From Hydrolagus affinis (lineage: Eukaryota), in assembly GCA_012026655.1 (NCBI GenBank), contig JAAILG010001100.1, positions 1-64,000 on the forward strand: 64,000 bases of DNA, written 5' to 3'. A program made the position numbers and the translations under genes. A model generated the notes under the pieces. That model ran no database searches. It was not told where the DNA came from and was given only the letters and a program-made list of their open reading frames with translations. Below are positions 51,101 through 63,100 of the stretch, piece after piece; position 1 is the first letter of the stretch; each line of letters starts with the position of its first letter.

Positions 51101-54100
51101 TCACAGCAACTGCACCTTTATAACCTCTTCTTCTGACTCCCTCTATTCCATTCATCTCACCACCACAACGCTTCATCTAACACAACAACTTGTGCCCCCT
51201 GCAGGTCAGAGTCTCGGAGCGCTTACCAGTGACACTGAGGTTGGGGGAGGGAGGAGGTGCTCGTAAGCATGATTGAAGAGGAAGGTCTTCAGTTGTGATT
51301 TGAAAGAGAGGAAGGAGGGGGCAAAGTGGGGGGAATGGGGGAGGGAGTGCCAAAGCTTCGGGGCATAGTGGCTGAAAGCGTGAGTACTGATGGAAAGGAA
51401 GGGAGGTGCCAGGGAATGAAGCAATAATGATAATAATATAGTCCTTACTTTTAATATTGTATTTAACAATCCTTAACGTTGGAAGAACATCTCAAAGCAT
51501 TTGCCCCCCCAACCCCCCAGGCCCCATGAGCTCCTCTTTGTAATCCCCTCACCTTCAGCTCAGTGGAGAAGTTCTCCAGCTCCTTCTCAGTATTGTCCTC
51601 AGTCAGGTTTCTCTCCCTCTCTGCCAGGTGGAGCCGAGCCTCCAGTGTGTAGCTGTCATTCTTGAACGCCAGCGACAACTGAATAAACGTGTTCTGTGGA
51701 TCAACAGAAACAAAACAACGTTGGGAGGGGTGTCAACAGAACAGGCCGTGAGTGGGTAATAACAACAACTTGCATTATATAGTTCCCTTCACATCCCTGT
51801 AAGGCAAAAGTCACTGTTAAAATCAGGCCCCGATTAATTCCCTCTGCTTCATGACTATCTGCTGTTTCCTCCCAGAAAACCCTCCCTCTATTCTCCTGCC
51901 CCCTTCCTCCCCCACCCTCCACCACCACAAAACCCGGTGAAGCAAACCCAAACCAATCAATCAAACAAAATTACATTTATATAGCGCCTTTCACATTGGG
52001 AGGACGTCCCACGGCGCTGAACAGTCAGGTAGGGACTAGAGCAGGTGGGGAGTAGTCGGGGTAGGGGGAAGGAGAGTAGAAAAATTGACTGTATATTTGT
52101 GGGCGAAACCAATCCAATTTCGACACATTCATTCTCGCAGTTGACACACACTCTCAATTGCATCCTCAAGACGTCACCAAAATAGTCGGACAGGATGTGT
52201 TACTGTGGGTTTTCAGTGACTGTGCGTTTTGTCGGCAAGTCCGGCAGCAGCCAAGATGCAGCCAACGATGCCCCACAAACAGCCGTGACGTGGACGATCC
52301 ATTGATCCAACGAAGTGCTAAAGTTCCAGCCAAACAGAAGTTCCCGATGGAATCCGGTTGTGTAACTCCCCGCAGTTTGGTTCGGTAATGGGTTTCCACG
52401 GGTTTCAAACCGAAAGTTAGACGAAGGGTTGATTGAGCATTCTGTCTAAAACCTTTTTAAAAGAAATTTATGGGGACACTGCTGTACGCAATTGGCTGCC
52501 GCGTTTTGCCTACAGGTACACAGTCAATACACTTTACAGTATATACTGTGAAGCGCTTTCAGACGTCTAGAAGACATATATCAAATGTAAGGATTATTAC
52601 TGTTAGTTATTATTATTTTAAAAAAAACATTACAAGAGCTCGGGAGACTTTCCTTTGGAAAACAATTATATGGACGGGACTAGTTTTCCTACAAGTATCT
52701 GAGTTGGAGGCTATCAGTCACATGGGCTGATGTTGAGGGATTCCCTTAGGGGCTGAAACTGGAGCTTTATTCCACACCGGGTGGTGGGTGGGAGGGGATC
52801 GCGGGTGGTGGAGATTGGAGGGCGCACATGAGAGCTGAAATTCGATGTCGATAAGTCATCGACCTGAAACGTTAACTCACTTCCCTCTCTCTATAGACGC
52901 TGCTGCCTGCCTGCCTGCCTCCTGAGTGTTCCCAGCCACTTCTGGTTTATTGGGTATGAATTAAATGTGCTTCTTTCGGCTCGGAACCTGGAGCTTGTTC
53001 GAAGGTTGTTGTGGGATCGGAAAGCGTTCTGGTGTCAGATGCCCTGCCAGGCCTTGCTGAGGCTGGGAATGTGTGCTCTGACCAGCGGCCAAACATGCAC
53101 ACATCACCACTATCCTACATGAGACGTCGAGGCCGCCTTTGATGCAGCCTCAAGATATTTGGACTCACTTTGCCTGTATTTCTGGTGGGGGTTTTTGTTA
53201 ACCCTTACCAGCCCAGTGCAGCGCAGAGAACAAACCTAATAATAATGTCAAACATCATCCTTGCATTTACAATTGCACCTGATCACGTGTTATTGAGACA
53301 TCTCAAAGCACTTCACATGATATAGCGAGGGATCATATATTTTGTGGGCAAAACGTGGCTGTTAATTGTGCGCAGCAGTGTCCCACAAACAGCCATGGAG
53401 TGAATGACCACTTTATTTTTGAAGGTATAATTGCCCCAGGAAAGCGATTCGCCAATCAACTAACAACCGGATTCCTATTTGCTGTTAGATAAACAGAGGC
53501 ATGTGGAGTAAGGAAACTTGACTAAAGTTTCATCCTGCCCAGGGAGCGAAGCCAGGTCCCCTTACTTGTGAGGTGAGAGCTCTAATCGCTACACTACAGG
53601 ACTCTAGTACAGTACAGTAAAGGACAGAGAGCAAATCCACAGTGCAGAACAGAGAGCAAATCGACAAGACAGAACAGAGAGCAAATTTGCCGCACAGAGA
53701 AAGTATGATGATTGAATTGGAACCAAAAGTCACTCACCTCGACCTCTTTCTCTGTGAGAGGAGGAACGCTGCAAACACAAGCAGAGACAAACTGTGACAA
53801 GCTGTGCCTGTGAACACCGTACAGTCAGGCCCTTTGTACATTCTAATAACAATTCCCTCCTTATGCAACTGTGGCAACTTACATTGCCCCCAAGAGGGAA
53901 TTATTTGATATTAAAATAAAAGACCAATTTCATGCAACCATTGTTCCTCACCCCTTCCACACTTGTCATTTTGATTTTGTTTTATTTGGTTTTCTCCTTC
54001 CACACTTTCAAAGTTTACCTTAAGGCTTTCTCCCCTCACTCCCACCTCCCCCCACTCCTGCCCCCACCCCACCATCTGTGTGAGGAGCTGTGAGATGTGA

Positions 54101-57100
54101 ACGTGAAAGGCGCTGTGTAAATGTGAATGTACTGCATTGTGTGTAATTTGACTGTGTCCTGAGGAGTTACAAATCCATTGGTATGTTGATCCCATTTCCA
54201 TCTCCCATCTCCAACAGTCTACTTTTCCAACAATCAGCATAATGGGCTGGAACATGATGAGAGCCCAATCAGACAGTTTGGGAGACTGGGATCCCCCCAA
54301 TGTAGAGAGGAGGATAGAGGAAAGGGAGAGGAGAGGAAGTCAGAGGAGAGGATGGTAGAGGAGAGGAACACAACAACAACAACATAATTACATTTATAGA
54401 GCTCCTTTCACGTCGGGAGGACGTCCCAACGAAGATGGAGGAGAGGGGGAGAAGATAGTGGAGGAGAAAGTAGAGGAGAATAGAGGAGAGGAAGATGAGA
54501 GGAGTACAGTGGAGAGGTGAGGAGCAGCAGGGAAGGCGAGTGGGGAGAGCAGAAGAGAGAAGAGAGGAGAGCAGAGGAGAGGAGATCAGTGAGAGCAGAG
54601 GAGAAGACAGCAGAGGAGAAGAGAGAGCAGAGGAGTGGAGAGGGGGGAGTCAGGAGAACTTCAGAACTCAATAACTACACAAATAAACACTAAGGCTCAA
54701 AACTGTGGCCTTTTCCACTCACGGCCCTCCCAGCTGAAAGGTTATGGGAAGTGGCGAGCCGGCAGAATGAACAGCTGGAATTCCTTACCCTCCAGGCAGG
54801 GTTCTGTGAACCTTCAGCTTCCGCAGCAGGGAGTCAGGGATATTAGGCATGATGTCCGTATCACCTTTGCTCTCCTTGTTGGCTGCTGTCCCGGGGGCAG
54901 GGGATGGACCTTCAAAATACAGACCATTTCAACTTTCACAGATCAAAAATAATAATAACAATGATTGGACTTGATACAGTGCTTTTCACATCGGGAGCAT
55001 GTCTCAAAGTGCTTGACTGTACAGCGGATTGGCTGTAAGCGCTGGACTGTTAAGGATTTGCACCTGAGAGGGTTTGGAATCAGGAGGGGTGGAGCGCAGG
55101 GAGTAAGAGCGTGACACGGTGCACTTGAAGAGGGTCTTGATACAGGATTTGAAGAAAGCCAGGGAGAGGGGCACCCTGATGGAGTTCCAAAAGGTTGGGG
55201 CAGAGAGGCTGAAGGCCAGAGCGATGAAGGTATGGTGGGCAGGGCAGTGGATGGAGCAGGGCTGAGTGGTATAGAAACAATAACCGTGCCTCACGCCCTC
55301 TCACCTTTCTCTTGTTCAGCTGACTCGCTGAGATCTGGCAACCTTAATCCAGACAGGTTCTGGTTCCGCATCAGTTTGTTCTCCTGGTTGAAGTGAAGCA
55401 GAGCCTTTTATACTGATCTCAATAACACAGTGGATGAAGCGCAAGAGCAAGCAGTGACTGAACTAAATCACCCAGTCAAGTGGGACAGTGAAGGGAATAC
55501 TGTAAAGGCAGCAAACCATCATTCCCATGGTACGTAAGCCACTGGCAAGTGTTCCAGTTGCTTTGCCAGCTAGGTAACAACTCATTCGCCAAAGGCCGAA
55601 TAACACCGGGAGCAGTGGGTTTACTGAATGGGAAGTCAGTCTGATCACACAACGCTGGTGAGCTGGAGATCAGACCTGTTTTCAGCTGGATGGCTAGTTT
55701 ACAGCAACAATAACAATTTGCGTTTATATAGCGCTCTTCGCGAGGCATAGCATCTCGGACTGCTTCAAGATTGTATAGTTTGTTGCTGAGCTCAGGAGAG
55801 AGAGGAGGTGACCGCGGATACAGTTGAAGAAGAAAATCTTCAGTTTCGATACGAAGATGGACAAAGAGGGGCTGAGGCGGAGGGATCGAGGAGGAGAGTT
55901 CCGTAAACAGTGACCAAAGTCAATTGTTAAGTTCTGAGCCATGATGCATTTTGTTATGTTACCCCTTTCCCGGATGAAGAGCAGTTTTCTGATCAATCCC
56001 ATCCATCGTTCCTAACGGACGGTTAATGCAGCGAAATAATCTCATTGCAGGTTTCCATGCAAAACCCCCAAACAAGCAAGCATGCTCCATCACAACTACA
56101 ATCCCCTGCAAATCCCGGGGTGATTCCCACAGACATTCATCGATGGCAGAAGGAAATAGAAGCAATCAAGCGTGAGCATTCAGAGCTGCGGTGTTAAAAG
56201 CGTGCCCTCGTCATTCTCTCCTCTGTGAGCCTCTGCGAAACAGAGTGGGAAAACCTCGGTTTTTACTGTGCCCCGTATCCACCCCTACACACACCCTCCA
56301 CACTTAACCCCACCCCGTCCTCTTTATTCTTTTTGAAGCCGACAGCGAATGAAGCAATCCAGGGTTATGTGATGGTGTGTCAGTGTTGGTTACATGCCAT
56401 ATCCTTGCCTGCCCAGTGACATGGATCAGCCAAAAACAATCTCATGCTTATAGCTGCCCAGTCTTTGCTCTGCGCATCCCGTAGCTGTGCCGAGCGTTAG
56501 ATTTGGGTGACGGCCACCCCCCACACCTTGACGTCCGCCCCACAGCCCTGCACCTCCGTGCTCGCCGTGCACCTCCTCCCAGCCTCAGCCTGTGACGACA
56601 CGCCTCACGTACCTCTCGCAGCTTGGCCAGTTTGTGCAGCTTCCCATGGGGCTGCGGGGAGGGTCCCCTGCAGGCGGGGGGCGCGGGGCAGCCTCCTACG
56701 GATGCCTCACCGAACGTAAACGCTTCCTTGGTCATCTCAGGCGGTGAGGGGGGCCCGTCGTCGAGCTCCACACACTCCCACGACACAGCGCGCAGGAGAG
56801 GAGGCTGCGAGCTGAACGACTTGATCTCGGCTTTGCAGGGGGTCTTGGAGCGGGAGGGGGTCTGAGCGGCTTGGGGTACTTTGCACTCCACCGCCACTGC
56901 CTTCTGCTGGACAGGCCTGCTCGAAGGTAAGTCCGCTGCCACGTTAGCATCCCTGCCGAGGTTTGTTCTGAGCCGGTCACTGGTGTTTTTCAATGGTGTG
57001 GGATCACTGTGGGCAGCAGGTACAAGCTGAGGAATCTCTCTGTGATCGAGGGGAACTAGCTTTGTCAGAAGGGAAACCTTTGCAGCTGGTGACACCTCCC

Positions 57101-60100
57101 TGGCTTCGTGCACGTTTCTGGCTGGGGAGAGTTTCCTGAGGTGCTTCTAGTAAACGGTTCAAAAGAAAAAAAAACGTTCAAGGAGCTTGCAGTTCATCGA
57201 CACTCACAGCGGGAGGATAATAAAAGCAACAAGAAACCACTACCTTAGCTGGGAAATTTAGCTTTTTGTCCTCCATTCTGCCAAGGAACTTCCAAACGCT
57301 ATCAATGAACGGCATCTCACCTCAAGGTAATGCTCCACCAACACTTGCTCATCATCACTCCGGTTAGCAGTGCTCCGGCCGACAAACCCTCCTTAAGACA
57401 GCGTCACTTCTGAGCGAGCGCAGTAAATTCCGTACAAGCTAAACCCAGGAAAATTGATTTTCCCTGAACTCAGGAGGACAGCGCGACAGGACTCAAAAAC
57501 TTCACTTGTCACAAAGGAACTTTGACAAAATGATGACAAAAATAGCAACAACTTGGGACTTTTAGATGGCGTCTTTCAAGCAGAAATAGTGTCTCAAAGC
57601 GCTGCAAAGTGACCGAGTAGGGAGCCTAGTGAGAGAGAAGCGAGAGTTGACCACAGTTGATATCAGGGAAGTAGGAGGAGGGTGGGAATGTCATCTCCTG
57701 GCACCGCCAGGGAACCAGATAACTGAGGAACCTGGTGCATGTGTGTCTGTGAGTGGGTGAAGCTCGCTGCTCAATCGATGGAAGTGGAAGGCGGAGATGA
57801 TTCAACCAACAGGAGGCGACGCAGTCAAACTAGCAACAGAAATCAGTGGGCCCCGTTAGCACTAAGCTTTCCAAGTCACCAACTTCACACAGAAATAGAA
57901 CCAGTAAGGAAATCATCAGTCAAAATGGATTTCATAAGATCGCAAGATTGGTATGGACCAGCTTTGGCTTGTCTCATCTTATCCGCCCAATCATCCCCCC
58001 ATCACAGTCATTTATCTACTTTTAAAAAAAAGACCGAGTCCCACTATCCTGGCCGCAACTTGGCAACCTTTTCGGATCGTTAATTACTGGAGACTCGTTC
58101 TATTTATGTAAGGGTTTCAAAGCGTCCAGAATGTCCACAAATTGTTGAAAGCATTCCTATCTTTCAGTTTGATTTTTTTTTCTCTTGCGAGTTCCTGAAG
58201 GAAAATTTGCAGAAAACCAGCTTGGGAATTCTGGACACTCTTGAGAGACCACGTAAATGGGAGCTAGCTACATCTAGAGTCAGGGGGACTTTCTCCCTGA
58301 TAGTGGAACCTGCTTGGGATCGCATTCCAATGCTGAACCCAATGTCTTTGTGCTGGAGTTTCGTTCTTCTTCTCTCTTTGAAACTGAGCCATTTCAGTTC
58401 CACAGGCTTCCCACCATCAAAGGGCCACAGTGTACCTGCCAAAGCTCCTATCTGATCCACACTCATCAACTAAAACATAATTTTTCCACTCGACGTCAGA
58501 CTGGACTGAACTGAAGTAAATCGGTGGATTCGCAGTTATTCCGCAAGACAAATGTAGGACCCACACTGTTTTGACAACCACCACCTCCGCAATACTAACG
58601 ACACTCTGGCCCTTCCCGCGCATGGTGAGATTATGCACAGGGCCAGGCGCGAGCGCAAGGCTGCTTTACCTTCATGTCTTGGTCTCGGTTGGGTGACAGC
58701 AATGGTTTCTCCCCCACCTGTCCCAAAGGTAAGGACACACCTGTCCCATTCACTGCCGATGCTTCAGAACCTAAACATGATAATAATAATAATCCTTGCA
58801 GTTGATGTAATGCTTCATGTGTTCAAGACATCCCAAAGTGCTTCACTGAATTTATGGACTGTATAGTGAATTGATTGTATATATTGTGGGCTAAACATGG
58901 CAGGCAATTGTGGACAGCAGTGTCTCACAAACAGTCGTGGATTGACTGAGCAAATTTTTATCCAGGGATTATTATCCCGGGAAAGCAATCCGCCAATTGA
59001 TTTACAAATGGGTTCCTATTTAATGCTAGGTAAACAGAGGCGTGTGGTGTAAGGAAACTTGCCCAACATTTCTTCCTGCCAGGGAACCCAGGTCCTCCCG
59101 CTTGCGAGGTTGAGCGCTCTAAACACTGAGCTAAGGACTCCACGTATTTATGAATTGCGCTCCGTTACTAAAGGGAGAACTGTTGAAAGCACGTGCGCCA
59201 TGAACACAATTCAACATAATTGTGATTGAGATAGCACCTCTCAAGTCGGGTGGATCATTGTCTCAAAGTGCTTGAGCACTTCCACACTTCATTTATACCA
59301 TATAAAACCATGGCCTTCTCGCCTGCAAAATCAATAATTACAATTTGTACTCAAATGACCTCCTTCAGTGAGGATAATGTCTTGGAGTGCTTCACAGTAC
59401 TATACTAGGGTCGGAAGTTGAGTGAGGAGGAAAGGGAGAGAGGGCCGGGGGAATCTTTAGTCCGGATCTGCATAATATCTGCATAAATAACGCTATATAA
59501 TTTATAATAAGTTTAATTGGCTGTAAATTGCACAATTAAGGTCCCCCCCTTGCAATTCTCTCTGTGCACACATGGCTCATAATGTAGCAAGTGCTTACAT
59601 GTGATGCAAAGTAGGTTGTATCTTTCTGCTGAACCTTTGTCAAATACTATGGAAGTGCCGCCTTGTTGAGTCAATAACTACTTTAAAAGCTCCTTGGAAA
59701 TTAAAGCTGCTTGTAGCGAGGCTGGGACCTTGGCAAACCTTTCTCAGTGTCTGCACGAGTGGTTAAGCCACGTGGGCAGTGAATATCCATCAAAATCCCT
59801 CTAGCTCTGAAACTTGTCAGAACGACACGACTGAACTAGTTTCCCCCACCGCATTACTGAAGTCTCACTCACAACAACAATGACTTATATAACATCCCTT
59901 ATATAACATCCCTCATATGGGGTAGTGTCCTGCCAAGGAAAACCCACATCAACAAGAACAAGTTACATTTATACAACACCACAAGGGGTGCTGAGGTTGT
60001 TGTTCACGTACCGGTTTGGTGCTGTGCTGTCACTGAATGGCTCTGAGATGTGTCCAAGGAAGATCTTGGGCTCAGTGATGGGGTGAGTGCTATAACAAGC

Positions 60101-63100
60101 CAAAGGAGATGATCACATAGAGGCCCAATGTGCAGGATTCTTACATGCAAGGATTATTATTATGCGTTCCCATTCGTTATTCAAGCATGCTTTAATAATA
60201 ATGCTTGCATTTGATATGCAGCCTTATCACGTCGTTGAGACGTCCCAAAGCATTTCACAGAATATACTGTAAAGCATGCATTTTGGAGGGTGAAACACAG
60301 CCGCCAATTGCGCACAGCAACATCCCACACACAAGCTAAAAAAAAGCTTTGAAATACCCTCCGCTTTGCAGATCACGATATTTTCTTAAACAGTCACGTT
60401 AATGAACACATTTTGCCCACGCCTGTCATGGCACCAGGTTCACGAGCCAATGAAACCCCCCCCACCGGAGAAGGCACTGAGACAGACAATCACAATGTGG
60501 CTCTCCCCAAACCCTACACTACGTGTTCTCAAGGTCCTGACTCTGTGGGGCTTGAACCCACGTAACCTCCTGGCTCAGAGGTGAGGGTTTTTCTGGCACC
60601 AAGCAATCCACCCTCTGCCTACCTGTCGGTGACTCGGGCATGCCGGGTCTGGACCGGCGGCTCCGGCGGGACAGGAACCTCTCGCTGACCTTCTTGGCCT
60701 CCTCCAGCAGCTCTGTGTTTTTCTTTTTGTCATCATCCGACAGATCCACATCTGGGAGCTCGTCATTCAATAGATCATACACGTGGCCATCGCCATCTGC
60801 TGCCAAGGAAAACCCACATCAACATCAACAAGAACAAGTTACGTTTACACAATGCCATTCAGTTCGGGAGGACGTCCCAAGGCTCTGGACAGTTAAGGGT
60901 TTGCACGCAATCTAGTGGTTGGGATCAACGACCTCTTGGGATCAAGAGGTCATTGGAGGTGAGGTGGGAGAGTGGCTGAAGGCATGATCAAAGAGGAGGG
61001 TCTTGAGAGGGGCCTTGAAGGAGGCAAGGGAGGGGGCGCGAGGCAGAGGGGCTCTGGGATTGGAGTTACAAAGGTTGTGGGGGCAGAAATTCTGAAGGGA
61101 AAGGGACATGGAGCAGGACAGCACCCGTCTAACGGAGGGCATTTGAACATTGTCTTAGCACGACGTTGAGATATCTCAAAGTGCTTCACACTTGTAAAGT
61201 GGTGTGACTGTGTATTTTTGGGGCAGACTGGTTGCAGCAATATCCCATTAACAGCGATGATTGAATGGCCAATTTGTTTTAACTTAGGGGATTGTCGGGC
61301 GTGAGAATCGCAAGGGAGAAACTGTCTTCTCTTAATTTGAAGCTGTTCTCTTACCGACAGATGTCAGGGAACTTGCTGAGGACGAGGATACTCTGGAATT
61401 CCGGCTGGACCTGCTCTGAACAGGGCTGTGTGATCTGCAGGGAACAGTGAGACAGGGAAAAATTTACACTTCCTGTAAAACCACAACGATATAATTAGAA
61501 TAGTAATAATAATTCTTGCAGTTGATATAGTGCATTAGTACATCGTTGAGACTTCACCAAATATATTGTAAAGTGGATTGATTGTATATTTTATGGGTGA
61601 AGAGTGGCAGCCAATTGCAGACAGAAGTGTCCCACAAATAGCTGCGGATTGCGTGACCATTTTCTTTTTTTCGGAGGGATTATTACAGTTTGCAGAGTCA
61701 GTCCATTACTTGAGTACATTGAGCACTTTCGCACATCAGATATAAAGGCAGATGGAAGCTCTCTTTGAACACAACCTATGATTAATCCCCAGTGTTGGTA
61801 CATTAATCACCCTCGTTCACTCTTTGACGGAGGCTGCAAAGTGGGTTTAGATCTACTTTATTGATGTAGCATTTTTTGCTCATCCAGAATTTGCACTTAA
61901 CTACAGCACTTAATATCCCAGCCTTTTTCTAGATAAGAACAGCAGAAAACTGACTTCAAAGCTAAGGCCGAATACAGCAATTTGCCAAATTCTTGTCTTT
62001 CCGAGACGCTACATGAATATTAGCCGCTTGGAATCTCTCCCCTGCAGTAATTGTGCCCAATTTCCTTGCACTTTCTCTCATGGACTCATGCCCCCAGAAA
62101 CGGAGATGCAAACTGCATCAAATTCATTCAGTCCAGCCTCTCTCCTTTGCGGTTGGCGGGGAAAGGTAGTTTGGACAGCAACCCAGATCTTCGCTGCGAA
62201 AGGCTATCTGCTTATTTTTACTGCACAATAATTCATCCATTTGCAAAAAAAACACAGCAATAAAAGCATCTGATGATGCAAAGCCATTGCACAACAGAGA
62301 AACCGATCTGAACATGAGTTCCTTATCATGGATTTAACTGCCTCATCTCCCACCCATCGTTCTAACAAGATAATTACTGTGGGGCTGTTGGGTTTCAAAT
62401 CAAAACAAAATATTTTATTTTATAGAGCTTTAAAGAGTTTTCCTCCTTGAGCGTGGAGAAGGTTTTAAGACTCGCTCTCCGCTCTGGAAGCAACCGATCA
62501 ACGTCTTGTAAAACAGCACGTGTGAGATACAGCAATAAATCTGCGAGGGACGTCCTTTCTGAAGGCAAACTGGTCCACACAGACACAGGAGATCTATGTC
62601 GACTAGTTTTGGAGCCAGACAGGAATGCACTGTCATTGGCAATTTGTTGCGGTGGTAACTAACTGGGTGGCAACTTCCTGATTACATCAGGGAGATAAGA
62701 TGGTATCTATACTAGACGATGTCAACGGTTCAAGAGTTCTTTGCATTCGGTACACCCTCTAAATGTCAAAATGACCACAGTGTTGTTTAATAAGATACTG
62801 CCTCCAGCAGGTAAAACAGAACAGAACCTGAAAGCCACTGTCGAGGGAATTTCCAAATCACAAGAGGATTTGTGCTGGGTATCGAACTGATGTAGTTTTA
62901 GAAAGAGGGTACGGGTTTAGAGATGCAATTTCAGNNNNNNNNNNNNNNNNNNNNNNNNNNNNNNNNNNNNNNNNNNNNNNNNNNNNNNNNNNNNNNNNNN
63001 NNNNNNNNNNNNNNNNNNNNNNNNNNNNNNNNNNCTCCGATGGTGGGGCGGTTCGGGCGGGGGGCTTGGAGCAGGCCGAGTCCTGCTGAACGGAGGGTCC

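Noticed and set aside
58164-58469. 101-aa minus-strand ORF with a plausible acceptor in the IRAG1 variable region
   Set aside because: No recognisable homology, and phases do not connect cleanly to neighbouring exons.
59911-59920. CArG-like CCTCATATGG in an IRAG1 intron
   Set aside because: One mismatch to CC(A/T)6GG and part of a local tandem duplication; no supporting context.
62395-62586. 63-aa minus-strand ORF ([12 protein letters not shown]...) in an IRAG1 intron
   Set aside because: No similarity to IRAG1 and no donor site. The flanking exons join in frame without it.
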